NCBI GenBank assembly: GCA_040954595.2
Contig: CM082578.2
Coordinates: 912,831-976,830, forward strand
Length of the DNA stretch: 64,000 bases
Direction: 5' to 3'
From: Balanoglossus misakiensis
Taxonomy: Eukaryota > Animalia > Hemichordata
The number at the start of each line of letters is the position of its first letter. Position 1 is the stretch's first letter. Shown here piece after piece: positions 51,301 through 64,000 of the stretch. The translations under genes and the position numbers were made by a program. Under the pieces are notes generated by a model that saw only the letters and a list, made by a program, of their open reading frames with translations, was not told where the DNA came from and searched no databases.

Positions 51301-54003
51301 AATGTATGCTCCCAATAAGAGTGAAATGATTTTTTTTTATCGTAATACTTCTAAAGTGATTATTTCCTATGAGATATGCAGTCTTATTACCTAATCGTTT
51401 CTGAAATTCTACCTCATGCTGTGTATGAAAAGTCTAATATATGTCATTGTCAAGATCCCCAAAACAGGCTGATATAGTATCACATAACATTTGATAAAAG
51501 TATCCCAAACAGTGTGGCCATGTCTTCATAACACAAAATGTGAGTGATATACTACTTGAATATTTTTGTCATGTTTTCCACTATAATAGTACTGTTTCTG
51601 TAGATATCAGATGTTTTATGTTATTTAAATAACCGTGATAGACAACACATTTTAATGTAAGCCATCATGTGCAAATGTGATAGCCATGGCCGTGTAAGAT
51701 ACACTCCCCAATTTCACGAAATTCACACATGTGCTTTACCATTGTTATGCTATGTATTGAACTGGCACACTGCAAATTTTGAAACTACGATATTGATCAC
51801 AATCACACGCACACTCACAGCATTCTTTTTTGGAATAGAGGTACTAACACTATCAATTATTATGCTTTTGAATCCCCAATAAAGAATATATAGAATTTAA
51901 CAGGATTTATATTTGCACGCAAAGTATAAAATTCCCTTGTGCCGTAGAAATGAAAATCTGCAACTGGTGGTCCTTCTGCCAGTAAGAAGCATCAGAAAAA
52001 TTCTGCATGCTCATCGTCCAGACAATTTTGGTATACAGAAAAAAAACACTAGAATGACAACAGCTACATGTATGTAGGCTAGCAATAGGAACACAGATAA
52101 CAATTCTCCATATTCATTTTTAAATACGATAAGATTCGCTGAAATTGGCACATCTGTGTGCAGGCAAAGTCAGTTCCAACTCGGCTTGCAAATCGGACCA
52201 ATGTCTCTTGTTCGCTGAGACTGTATGGTTCTAGTAATAGCTGTAAGAACTTGATCATTGACCAAACTCTTGGTTCAATTTTGCAACATTTTATGATTTC
52301 AAGCTGTACATATTTAACTCCGTTTCAACTATGGTTGGAGGGATAATAATGGAGCCATTTCACTGACAAAATAGCGCTTAGGGACCATTCAGTTTTTACG
52401 GTGGGGGAGGCTGGCAAAATCCAGGGGGTCACTTAAATTTTGAAATCCAAAAGAGGGAGTCATCTTTTTTTCAAACGTTTAGGGGGGAGGTCATATACAT
52501 GTACCCACCGATGCTAACTTTGAGTGGAGTGGCAACAGTAAAATTGGTCCTTTCAAACATTGAGATAATTTGCTTTTGACTTCATTAAAATGCAACTTTG
52601 AGCTACATATTTTACAAAGTTTTCTTATGTGGAAGGGGGACATCCCCTCCCACACCCATCCCCTTACTTTGCCACATATAGTGTACCAGGGCAGAATACT
52701 TGCCATCCCACCCCAACTGATGTTAACTTTGAGTGGCAAAAGTCAAATTTGTCCTCCCCAACATTAAGTTAATTTGCCTTTGAGTTCATTAAAATGCATT
52801 AATTGTATTTTACAAAATTGTCCTACGTACACCCACCCCTTCCACTTTTCTTGTTTTACCAATTCTACCAACTATTGTATTGATGTGTCCTTTTAATTTA
52901 TCCATAGACTTCTTTATTGCAACGCTATACTATTATACACTTCAAATTATAAATTTCTTTAAGAAATTTAGAATTGAGGTGTGAGGAGACCCTTTACCTA
53001 GTGTACATAAGATAAGGATGGCGAATGTTTTCGGGGTGGGAGGAGGGTCATCATATTTTGGTCCTGTCAAAGGGGGGGGGGGGTCATCATTTTTTTGGTC
53101 CTGGTTGAAGGGGGTGTCGGCCTGATTTTGAAAACCAATGACACAAACTTTTGCCCCCCCCCCCCCTCCACCAAAACTGAACAGTCCCTTACTAAAGGAC
53201 GTCAATGTCTGTTTACAGTCAAATGCATTGCCATCAGAAAAAAAATGCAAACAATTTCTTATGTTTGTAGTACGCACTTTTTGTATATCTGTAAACTGTG
53301 TCTCAGTTGTGAAATTCTAAGGAAATTTGTTCCTTGGGTAGAATAAAGGATTCTTAAACAAACTTAGTCACGAAAGCTAAATGGTTACCTCAGAGAAACT
53401 GTGTTAAATTTGGTCATCATTGTTTTAAATCACACAAGACATTCCCACAGCTAAGTTACTGCAGCAGTCAGTTTCAACTCAGCTTGCAAATTGAGATCAT
53501 GTCTTGTGTTCATCGAGACTGTCTGTAGTCGAGTTGACAGTCACTACAACTGTATTGCAAATATGGCAGGGTTGGGCAACTCTTCTAATTTGCATTTGAA
53601 CACCTTTTCTGTTTGCGTCAAAATGATGAATAATGTTTCGTTTTCAAGAATGCCTTAATATGGGCACCCAAAACAAGACAACTGCATTGCAAATGGCATT
53701 TTCATTCAACTCTCCTGGGTACCTAAAACAATTTCAACATGGTTGACATGGCAATATTAGACAACTGTTCTAATTTGCATAATCCAAAATGGCCGCAAAA
53801 TTTCTCTAACATGTTAATTTCCCATATTTGTCTTAAATGGTGTGTAATATCGAATTTGCAGGGTTTCCATTAACATGGGTACCTAAAACAATTTCAACAT
53901 GGTTGACATGGCAATATTAGACAACTGCTCTAATTTGCATAATTCAAACACCTGCTGGATAATTTAACTTTTATTTTTGCCATTCTTGTCCCATGATTGT
54001 ATG
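45353..54003. repeat. Right arm of the ~9-kb inverted segmental repeat
   Basis: 45353-45540 is the reverse complement of 8875-9062; collinear inverted similarity continues to window base 1. Confidence 0.85.
52381..53188. mobile_element. PIF/Harbinger-like MITE
   Basis: TTA|GGGACCATTCAGTTTT ... AAAACTGAACAGTCCC|TTA; absent from the paralogous site at ~1322; shares an internal GGGGACA..CCCTCCCACACCCA motif with 9214-10024. Confidence 0.75.
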
Positions 54004-56220
54004 TATTATATCTCATAACAGGCAATTAAGTGTGCTAATTGTCAAGCCAATCTTAATTCTTCATCTGCACCACAAATCAGATGCAAGGTTTAGGACTGGG
54101 AGTGTATGTGGGAGCAGCATATAGGGGCCTACAGGTATCTTTAATGGCAAGTCTTCGGTTAAAGCCAGAAGGTTTTCAGGTTGTAGGCCTCTATTGTATC
54201 TGCAACAGTTTCTATCACCTCCATCCCACTGGCCGGCACCCGAGGGGGGGTGGGGGTACTTCAAAATTTTTCGGATGGTAGTCTGTCGCCCCAGTCGATA
54301 ACATCAACACGTGTAAATGCCCAAAATCTGACCTAGTTGGATTATAAGTCAAATTTTCTGGTCATTTACCCCAAGTTTTACTTAAAGACTACATACCTAT
54401 ACACCTTTGTATGGGAGAACACATCCCCCACCCCCCTGCCAACACTAATTGGACAACTTTATTCTTGTTATACTTCTTTATAAGTCTAAATGTTCAGTAA
54501 GAAAAGGCAACAAGTTATTGAAGCTGCTGACCATGCAAACTATGATGAAGTATATTTTTTTCCTAGCTGTACATGTACAGTATAATTGGCCCAATGTACC
54601 AATTGGAGATGTGTGCCTTACAAGCAACACAGGTTGTATATCCAAGCCTTGTCTGTTGGCACTATGAAGGGTATTGGAAGAATGTCTCTGCTGGCCACTT
54701 TGGCCAGCCACTTTTGGCCAGCAGACTATCAAAAGGGTCAAGAAAATAGCCCTAAAAGGTATGGCACTGTATGCAAATCTAGTGCAGGAGTGGATTGATA
54801 CATTTCCCATCACTGTACATGCATCATCCTGTATGGATGATATGTACTCTAGCATTATGCACCAGATAAAAATGGTCAAAATTGCAAAAAAAGGAGATGA
54901 AACTCCCACTGTCCTTTAACGCAATCCATAGATAAAGAGACAACATGTTCAGGCATTGGATCTAAACATGGTGGATACTGACGAGGGTGTGGTGAATGAT
55001 GGTGAATCCCTGGATGTTTTGAGGTTGGAATTCTGAAAAGGATTCCCATCGTGAGATTGAGGAACAGGATGATGCAGAGGGGCTGGCTCTTTGTGACTCC
55101 TATCAGTGGGGATAGACATATATTTGGGATACAGAGGTTGCACTTCCTTGCTTCATGATTAGTACGGTAACACTGCCAAATTTGCAACACAGTTGTATTG
55201 TTAAAGGTACCCATATGAATGTGCTAATCCTGAAAATACGATATTGCGCATCATTTTGGGAAACATGGCAAAATTTCACTTTTAGTGGTGATTGGCGGCC
55301 ATTTTTGATTATGCAAAATAGAAAAGTTGCCAAACACTGCCATACTTGCAATACATAACCAATATGGATGCAAATCCTGAAATTTTAGATATTACACATA
55401 ATTTTGAGAAAAAAGGGCCAAGTTTTATTTTAGAGAAGGTATTTGGCGGCCATTTTTGATCATGCATATTAGAAGAATTGTCCATCATTGCCATTTTGGC
55501 AACTCAGCTGGAATAGGTCTAGGCTCCCATATGAATGCCAATAAGCAAAAAACTTCATAGGAAAGAAAATTTCTAGGTAGGAAAATTTTGACTCAACTTC
55601 TGGTTCTAATAATAGGTGTAAGGATGTGATCGTTTGATTTTGCAACATTTTACAATTTCAAGCTGTGTGTCTTTAACAGTTGTTGTTGTAGGGACAAATG
55701 GCTCAAACCATTCAGCTGACAATATAGCACTACACATTGTGCAGTACCTTTGACAATGCTTGGAACAATGTTGCAACAAAGCTTTGTGTTGAAGCTTGCT
55801 ACAAGACTTGGCGTGCTGAAGCCTCTTATACTAGTCTTAGTTGAACCTCAGCTGTAACTACGTTTGTGAAACCTTAACATTCAAATCTTTGGCCAAAGTT
55901 AGGGTTGCAAAGCTTCTTCAAAGTTTTGTGAACCTCAACAATGCTTTTCTATAGAAACCTTTAAACATGCGGGGGGGGGGAGGGGGGGACACCAACATCG
56001 TAGTCAGTGAGGTCATCTATGGTGGTGGGCGCGTCTTCCACTCGGCACTCCTCTGCGCACGCTTGGGGGATAAAAAATGCATCAAAAACCCCTGGCGCGT
56101 CCTCGTTTGGCTCCTCCCACCCCTGGAAGACGCACAGGCGCTTCATCATCACCATGGACTCCGGTGAACAAAAGGATTCCGTAGGGATCCGTCCAGGTCC
56201 GCCCCTGCGGATAAAGAAGT

Positions 56221-57321
56221 CTAGCAGGTCGGGTATTTCATTTCCTGGACCACACAGCCAGTATAGGTGAGTTTCTCTAACGCCTCCACCGCGTCCCGCT
56301 CGCGGAATACTTCCGGCTTCTCAGTAAAAATAACTGGAAGGTGGCACTGAAAGGCGTGTTTCTTCAGTTTGCGCGTGGACCTCCGGCATCCCGGGAACGG
56401 ACATGGAGAAGGGCCTGATGAGTAATGTGGAACAGAGGATAGGGGGCTCCTTCGGGCCGGCCTGGCGCTCCTCCAGCGGCGTTCGTCTTCTTTGGGCGGT
56501 TCCAGCGTCGGATACCGGATCGGTGATCGACGTCTGGGGCTGAGATCTCCCCAGCGTGACAAGGATGGTCGTTCACGGGAAGGTGGGCGGTCCCGCCTTT
56601 CCTCTCGAGAACGCTCCGGTCGCGGCGACCGGGTTGGGGATCTGGACCTAGTTGGGCTGCCGGGGTGGCGTCGAAGTTCCCAGGGGATTAGATATTCCCC
56701 CGCCTCCAACGTCGCTTCCAGCTCCAATGGGTTGATCAGTGACTGCAGCGGCAGCGTTTCTTGGCGTGGGGGTGATGGCTCCTGCAGCAGCCGTTGGTTT
56801 CCCCCGTCTCTCGCTACTGCTATTGGGGGTGATACACGGGTGCGGGGTGGGTCTGGCCCTTCCGACACCTCCATCGCCTGGTCCTTGTCGCCACCGAGTA
56901 CCTGTTTTTCCAGCTGCGGATCCCGGAAGATGCTCAAAGTTTCCTCCAGGTCGACAGCTGCGGTGGTGGTTCTTGTGGGCTCTTGCGGGGAGATATGGCC
57001 AACGAATCCCCCACGTACGCGGCCTGGATTGAACTCCCGAGGTAGTGTGCAGGTTTTTATGGCTGCGTCGGATGGTACGGGCAGGTTGGCTTCGGTCTTT
57101 TCCTTCCCGTATACATGCATGGCCTCCTTCCGTACCGTGGACATCCATCCTATGTCGCCTAGAACCGTGGCTACTTGACAGTTCTCACGGAGCATCAGGA
57201 ACATTGTATCCTCGTCTACACCAAGTTGCCTCAGTCGGGGGATGACACTGATGGGGTCCAACAGTTTCCCTCGGCCGCAGCGATAGCATATCTCCTCTAA
57301 TTCGAGTTGTCTGGAATCCAT
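56221..57321 (-). CDS. Extra ORF downstream of Gypsy pol (R/P/S-rich, CxxxxC...HxxxxH finger), frameshifted and truncated
   Basis: 366-aa ORF starting 105 bp after the pol stop; contains CPFPGC...KKHAFQCHLP; continues in another frame to ~55965. Confidence 0.6.
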   Translation of the reverse strand: MDSRQLELEEICYRCGRGKLLDPISVIPRLRQLGVDEDTMFLMLRENCQVATVLGDIGWMSTVRKEAMHVYGKEKTEANLPVPSDAAIKTCTLPREFNPGRVRGGFVGHISPQEPTRTTTAAVDLEETLSIFRDPQLEKQVLGGDKDQAMEVSEGPDPPRTRVSPPIAVARDGGNQRLLQEPSPPRQETLPLQSLINPLELEATLEAGEYLIPWELRRHPGSPTRSRSPTRSPRPERSREERRDRPPSRERPSLSRWGDLSPRRRSPIRYPTLEPPKEDERRWRSARPARRSPLSSVPHYSSGPSPCPFPGCRRSTRKLKKHAFQCHLPVIFTEKPEVFRERDAVEALEKLTYTGCVVQEMKYPTC

Positions 57322-57426
57322 TCTTGGGACAAAAAGAAAAAAAAGAAAATTAACGGTTAGTGGGTCCTCGCCTGTGACGAGTCATAGCCCTACCCGATGG
57401 CATTTTCCCCTTTTCCCTGTGTTCCC

Positions 57427-60400
57427 TTAATCGTCGATCCCCTCCCCCTCGCAGTTCGGACAGTGGAAGGGATCAGTCGAGTTGACCTGCTTTTGGGTGA
57501 GATTGACGCATGTGCTGTGGAACCAGTCGTAACAGCTGTCACACTGGACCATCAGCTTCTCTGTGTCCGGCCCACGGCAGATACAGTAGGTCTGTTCCCG
57601 GTTTTTGTCCTGCGGATCAGGATCCCCACCCTTTAGGGGCAGTGACCTCTTGAATTTAACTATCCAGCTGGGCAGTTGCGCTTCCCTACACAACCTTATT
57701 CTGTCGTGGGTCGCGGTGGCGATGCGTCTCGGAAGTTTCACTCGGTACAAATATGGCGATAATTTCGCTATCACTATTCCTGGTCCTTTCCATGGGGGGC
57801 TCAGTTTTTTACATTTCCCTCTCACCGTCACTGAGTCCAGAAGGTAGACGGGATCTACGACTTCATATGAACGGAGTCGGGCCTTCAAGTCGTAGTCCCG
57901 CTTCATTCTTTCCTGGGTGACCTGCAGTTTTTCCTGAGCGAGGTCATGGGCTTCTTTGATGGCGCTCCCCAGGCTGCTCACATATTCTTCATGGTCTTGG
58001 GCTGGCGTTGGTTTCCCGAAGACCAGGTCGGCCGGTTGGTTCACTTCCCGCCCCAGCATAAGGCGATTAGGTGTGAATCCAGTATTTCTGTTTACGGAGG
58101 TCCGAATGGCTCCGGCGATTTGGGGTAGGAATTTGTCCCACTCGTTCTGTTTGCATCCATGAGGGTCCGGTTTTGCCGCTCCATCTGGCTGTTCGCGGAA
58201 CAGCTGACTTTCGAAATTACTGCCTCTATCTGTGAATATCTCGAATGGCCATCCGAATCGAGAAAAGAATTCCCCTACAGCTGCCTTAGCGGTTGCCTCT
58301 GCCGTTTGGGTAGGCAGTGGAATGCACTCTACCCACTTGGTGAATTGGTCGACCATGACTAGGATATATTCGTTTTTTCGGGGTGTCCGGGGCAGTGGTC
58401 CAAGGAAGTCCAGATGTACCCTTTCCATAGGTGATCCCACGTGGTATCGGGTCAGAGGGCACCTCGCATGTCGCTGTGGTTTCTTGTGCTTGTTGCAGTC
58501 GTGGCACGAGGCTACGTAGCTGCGTACATCATCTGCCATCCGATGCCAGTGGTACTTCATTTGGAGTCTGGCCAGCGTCCGTTGCACGCCCTGATGTCCC
58601 GCTGAGGGGATCGCATGGTTCAGTTCAATTACTTCCGATATCATTGTTCTGGGGATGACCAGTTTTCCTTCGCCATCATCCTCGGATTTCCTCCGGAGTA
58701 CTGGCATCTTCCGGTCCACATAATATATCTCGCGGTTTATCCAGGCATGTTTTGCGGCGGTGCTGAGTAGGTCCAATGCGCTTTCCGCGGGGGTTTGACC
58801 AGTATCCAGCCATTCCAGTATCGGCCGTAGATCGGCATCCTCCTGCTGTTGCCGGTGTATCGTTTCCGAGGTTTCTCGCCACGGCGTGTCGGTCTCTGGC
58901 GAGCTGCTCCTGGTCACCGTGCATACCTTGGGGTCCTCCTATTCCGCCTGTGTATCTTCACTGAAGGAGGTGTCCTCTCCCATGGAGTCTATTCCGATTG
59001 ACTTTAGTATTTCGTCGAAATCGAATCCTTCTCCTGGGTCCTCTGGGGGGTCTGCGAGGTGGTCACTCGCTTCGTCTTCTTCGCTGCCTAAGTTTACCGT
59101 GCAGACGTCTTGCCTAATGTCATTGGATGGTTGTGAGGCTAACGGTATTACTTCGTCTACCCCGGTGACGAAGTCTCCCCAATTTCTGTGCGCTCGTTGG
59201 CAATAGTCACATCCGCCGCAGGGAAGTTCGTCCGGCGTAACGCTGTGGCGGTAGTGTCCCTGCAGTTCAATTCTGGATAGGGCATCCGCGTTGAGGTGTT
59301 TGTTCCCCGGCCTATGCTGAACCGTCATGTTGTACTGGCTAAGTTCTTCCAACCACCGGGCCAATTGTCCTTGGGGCGCTTTAAACCTCAGCAGCCAGGC
59401 CAGACTGCTGTGGTCCGTCCGTGTTATGAAATGGTTCCCCAGCAAGTAGTGTCGGAATAACCGGGTAAATCGTACTACTGCTAGGAGTTCTTTTCGGGTC
59501 GTGCAGTACCTTGTTTGTTCGGGTGTTAATGCGAAGCTGGCGTATGCGCTCACTCGTTCTTCTCCATCCTGCACCTGGAGAAGTTCCGCTCCCACGGCAA
59601 TGTCCGATGCGTCCGTGTCCAATGTGAACAGGTCTTTTGGGTTCGGTAACGTGAGTACCGGCGCCGATGTTAAGCAATCTTTTAGCGCCTCGAAGGCCAG
59701 CCGTTGCTCTCCGCCCCGCTTGAAAGGCTTTTTCCCGTAACTGCGTACAGCGGGCGGCCAACTTGGCATGATCCTTTATAAACGAGCGGTGTTAATTGGC
59801 TTACCCTGCGAAAAGTTCCACCTCCTTGGTGTTTTTTGGTGTCGGCCAGTTGCGTACCACGTCAACGGAACGCGGGTCCTGTCCTATGGTTCCTTTGCGG
59901 ACAATCCGCCCCAGGAACTCCACCTCTGTCTGAAACAGTTCACACTTGCGGGGGCGTAGTTTCAACCTGTATTCCCGGATCCGGGTGAACACGTCTCGCA
60001 GATTCTGGAGATGGTTTGCAAAGTCCGCCCCAAGTACCATGATGTCGTCTAAAAATGCTAGTACTACCTCCCATGTCAGCCCACGCAGCACCAGATTCAT
60101 GGCTCGCGAGTATGTGGCAGTGGTGTTGCACAGGGCGAAGGGCATACGGGCGAATTCATACAGCCCGTACTTTGTGGTAAAGGCAGTCTTCTTGCGGCCC
60201 TCTTTGTCCACTTGTATTTGCCAGTACGCTGAATTGGCATCTAGTTTCGAGAACCACTCGTTCCCGGCCAGCGTGTCCATGCAGTCCTCTATCAGCGGCA
60301 AGGGGAATACGTCTTTTCCGATCACATTGTTCAGCGACTGATAGTCGACGCACCAGCGGACTGTCCCGTCCCTCTTCCTTACCAATACTGGTGCCGAAGC

Positions 60401-60820
60401 CCATTCTGATGTTGAAGGTTGGATTACCCCTGACCGCAGCATTTTCTTGAGGTGGGTCTCCTCCTCCCCCGCGAAGCGTAGTGGGGTTCGGCGCATCCTC
60501 TGCTTCACTGGTCGCGCGTCCCCTGTATCGATACTGTGCGCAAGGGCTGTGAAGTTCCCCAGGTCATATTCATTTGCAGCAAAGACATCCTGGAACTCGA
60601 TTAGTAGCTCTTTCATTTCATGGGACTGTTTCTCCGTCAGATTGGCTGCTGATTTTTCTGACAATTCCCTCAAGTGGTCTGGGAGCTCGTCTTCGCCATG
60701 CGGTTAAGTTTCTGTGAGTAGTTCAAGCTCGTTGACTGTGCCTGTGGCGATTATTCTCACATCCTGAAGGAACGAACCGAATTGAAGTAGCTGTCTTCCC
60801 TTGACCTCGGAGTGGACACA
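57427..60820 (-). pseudogene. Gypsy pol (RT, RNase H, integrase, C-terminal PHD finger), disrupted
   Basis: RT: WASAPVLV, RWCVDY, LDANSAYWQ, MPFAL, FLDDIMV. RNase H: LDTDAS, ELLAVV, TDH, NADALSR. Integrase: H-x6-H...CxxC, HLDF, FTDRG; the third catalytic segment is deleted. Frameshift ~59800; in-frame stops at 58939-58941 and ~60705. Confidence 0.9.
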
Positions 60821-61232
60821 TCCCTTTCAAAGAAATAACTTATAACCTATGACATGAATATTTAAATAATATCCCATATACACCTGCCTTACGGACGAGC
60901 CACCATCTTTTCCTCTCGGCTTCAAGTGAGTAGCACAGTTCCTGAAGCTCCTGGGTTTTTCTGGGAGCGTTGGTGAGTGTTTTAAACACAGGTAGGTGTT
61001 TGTATTTCATTTTTAGACCGATATGTTATCCCAATTTTTGCCTTGGACGTTGTATATTTTCCTGTTCAGCTTTTTGATGGATGTATTTTTTTTCCTTTGT
61101 CAGTTTTCATACACATGTGTCAACCATTTTGGATTTGTGGAGCACATGTGTGGTGAAATGTTGAGAATTTTTTCTTGCTATTTTTGTCTAATACGTTTTA
61201 GTGTAGGCATGCTTCTGTGTTCTTGCAGAACC

Positions 61233-62565
61233 ATGACTGACTTGCTTGCTGCCGTTGTCGAAGATAGTTCTGCAGACATGAGTGCTAATGACTCTGTGAA
61301 TGTTACACCAGGCCAGCATAGTGGGACAGCAAATCGTTCTTCTGTTCCGTAGTCTCAGGTCCTTACGGAGATGGTGTCAGGCCTGGCCAAGTCCGTCCAA
61401 CAGTTGACTGAAAATCAGAAGAAATGGTTAGGTCCTGCCAGAGATGGTCGCCGTACCAGTGAAATGGACCTGGAAGCGAACGCAGCGGATGGCATTCCCC
61501 TTGCTTGCATTGGGGTAGCAGGTCCTTCGGGTGCACACGAGGTGCTTCCTCCATTGAGTGACTGTACCTGTCGCCAAGGCCCAGTTTCTGTGGCCCCTGA
61601 GTCTCTTCGAGACGTTCGTGCACAGGATAAACACGCTGGTCGTGTTAATTTCCTACTGGATGTGGATTCAGACGACTCTTCGGATGTCGAGTCACCACCT
61701 CATCGCCGTTCATCGTTTCGGAAAGAGAAATCCAGAAGAAAGAAAGGTAAGAAGAAAGACAATAAGTCTAAGGCGTCACCAGTTTCATCAGGCAATTCTT
61801 CTTCTACTGGAAGTTCAGATTGTGAGTTTGATAACCCACATGACAGAAATACTGGTGTGGAGTTTTCCAAGTCGGTCCGGTCTTGGTTTATACAGCAACG
61901 TACAAATGCTCTGAGTGCAGATGACAAAAAGGAAATGAAGGAACGTTATGAAGTGTCTTCAAAACATGAGAAATTATTCTTATCTCCTGCTCTGCCTGAA
62001 AATCTGGCTACTCATTGGGAGAAGCAACCAGTTACTAAACCTATGATGCAGCAGGACCATAGAATTCGGAAAGCTGCTGATAATTTATTGTTGTCGCAAC
62101 TTCCGTTGTTGGAAATTTTGCAGACGGCTCATGATGGTGTCAATTGATCCACAAATTCTTCTAACTACCATTCAACTTAGTATTACTCTGTTCGGTAGTG
62201 CTTTTCGTGGTCTACAGATAGCAAGACAGAAGGCCTTTGAATCTGTGCTTCCAAATATGTATGCTTCTTTGAAGAAATTGGAACCATCCATGGCTACATT
62301 ATTTGGAGATGAGCCACTGAAGGAGGCAAAGAAGGCAAAGCAGGCCCATAATGTTGTGGTTGATATGACCTCTAGGGGTCAAGGGTCAACTGGAAGTGCA
62401 GCAGGCCAGTTCCGCAAACGCCCCATGTCTACCTACAAGTCCAGGTATGGCCAAAGTGGATATGGTAAGCGGTCTCAATACTCCAAGTTTATACAGTATG
62501 GTTCTTCACCCAAGTTTGCGAGAACTGATGGCGCTGGTCAGTCCTTTCGTGGCAAAAAACAGTGA
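61233..62565 (+). pseudogene. DIRS ORF1 (gag-like)
   Basis: ATG at 61233; in-frame TAG at 61350; frameshift ~62140; LFG motif and basic tail just before pol. Confidence 0.6.
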
Positions 62566-64000
62566 TGTTTTCCCTCATCAAGAGCAGTTACTTACTCATC
62601 CCCAGGTAGGGGGTCGTCTAGCTTTATTTCTTCACCAGAGTGGCGGCAGCTAACTTCAGACCCATGGATACTAGAAACAGTGCAAGGTTACAAGCTGGAA
62701 CTCGTGTCAACACCAGTGCAGTCGCATCTACCAGTTACGGCTGTTCAGTCATGCCATGTAGATTTGATCGACACAGAAATACAGTCTTTGTTACAAAAGG
62801 CGGCAATACATCCAGTGGTACCAGTTCAAGGTCAGTTTGTGTCAACAATATTTCTAGTACCCAAAGTGTCAGGAGGTTGGCGCCCGGTTTTCAACCTGAA
62901 ATCACTCAATCGGCACATTGCTTATCAGCACTTCAAGATGGAGGGCCTTCAGCATGTCAAGGCGCAACTTCGTCCAGGCGACTTCATGGCCACAGTAGAC
63001 CTGAAGGATGCATATTTCACTATCCCAATTTTTGTAGATCACAGAAAGTTTCTTCGGTTTATTTGGAAGGAGACGATGTTCGAATTTGCAGTTCTGCCGT
63101 TCGGCATTGCCAGTGCTCCTCGAGTTTTTACGAAAATGTTGAAGCCAGTCGTCGCTCAGTTTCGTCGCCAAGGTATTTGATGTGTAATTTATATAGACAA
63201 CCTCCTGATCCTGGGGGAATCCAGGAAGTTTGGCCAAGCGAATGTAGAGACAGCTGTGCAACTTCTGCAGAGTGTAGGTTTCCTCGTAAATTGGGAAAAA
63301 TCCAAACTTCAACCAAAACAGCAAGTTCAGTTTTTGGGTATGATGATCAACTCCATAGACATGACGATCAGTTTCCCACAGGAAAAGGTACAGAAACTCC
63401 AATCAGAATGTTGCTGGGAAAAGAAGTGGTCACTGTGCGTTGCCTAGCAAAGGTGTTGGGGCGAATGACAGCAGCTCTGGAGGCGAAAACTGTGGCGCCA
63501 CTTCATTACCGGGCTCTTCAGAAAGATCAGCTGAAGGTGTTCGCTCTGACAGGGTGCTTCGATTCCCCATTGAGTCTCTCTCGAGCAGCAAAGACAGAGT
63601 TGAGATGGTGGGTAGAATGTCTTCATGCGTGGAATGGCAAGTCCCTACTACCAAATACACCGCAACTGATAGTTCAGACAGATTCGTCCATCAGAGGATG
63701 GGGAGCAGTATGCGGGCACAACTCGGCACAGGGACAGTGGAACCAGAGTCTCCACATAAATCAGCTGGAGATGCTGGCAGTTTGCAGAGGATTGGAGCGT
63801 CCGGCAAGTCATCTGCAGGACATCTGTGTCGAAGTCCAGTGAGACAATACATCAGTAGTGTCTTACATCAACCGTCAGGGAGGCACTCGGTCTTGGCCTC
63901 TGAGCGAGTTGGCGGCCAGTCTATGGTTGTGGTGCCTGAAGCGCAACATTATACTATCAGCAGTGCATCTGCCGGGGAGAATCAATTAAGAGGCGGATTA
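62566..64000 (+). pseudogene. DIRS pol (RT and RNase H), disrupted
   Basis: VGGRL..F; DPWILETVQGY; FLVPK..GGWRPVFNLKSLN; HFKME; DLKDAYF; LPFG..SAPRVFTK; YIDN; TDSS.RGWGA; HINQLEM; DNTSVVSYINRQGGTRS. Stops at 63178, 63840 and ~63987, plus frameshifts. Confidence 0.9.

Larger units (their letters stand above)
55965..60820 (-). mobile_element. Ty3/Gypsy LTR retrotransposon internal fragment (no LTR visible)
   Basis: RT-RNase H-integrase order; sharp GC increase; truncated at ~55965 and ends at a DIRS element at ~60821. Confidence 0.9.
60821..64000 (+). mobile_element. DIRS1-like tyrosine-recombinase retrotransposon, 5' part, degenerate
   Basis: Starts TCCCTTTC... exactly where the Gypsy reading frame ends; gag-like ORF followed by DIRS-type RT/RNase H; runs off the window. 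Confidence 0.85.

Noticed and set aside
54478-55214. Coding-like stretch faintly reminiscent of a Crypton/DUF3504 fragment
   Set aside because: Stops in all frames and no convincing catalytic motif.

Overview
AT-rich, intron-containing animal DNA (invertebrate-like; the taxon cannot be fixed from sequence alone), made almost entirely of nested mobile elements. Two ~9-kb inverted paralogous arms (1-9062 and 45353-54003) enclose four things. (i) A complete 6.9-kb Chapaev/N-RAG-TP-type transposon (CAC...GTG ends, 4-bp TSD). Its 10-exon transposase has a RAG1-like N-terminus, RING finger and DDE core, and one catalytic exon is caught in a 229-bp hairpin. (ii) An 18.5-kb IS3EU-type DNA transposon (TAC...GTA ends, ~1.3-kb TIRs, 7-bp TSD). 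It has an intact spliced DDE transposase and a convergent multi-exon cargo gene that appears to join a USP-type deubiquitinase to a CbbX/SpoVK-type AAA+ ATPase; this is the most unusual object here. (iii) A 3.8-kb palindromic non-autonomous relative of (ii), inserted 39 bp downstream of it. (iv) Scattered exons of a decayed host gene for a secreted protein. The right end holds a degenerate Gypsy pol with an integrase-fused PHD finger plus an extra ORF, abutted by a degenerate DIRS1-like retroelement. Many MITEs with readable TSDs are present. All family and domain calls come from motifs recognised by eye; no database search was run.
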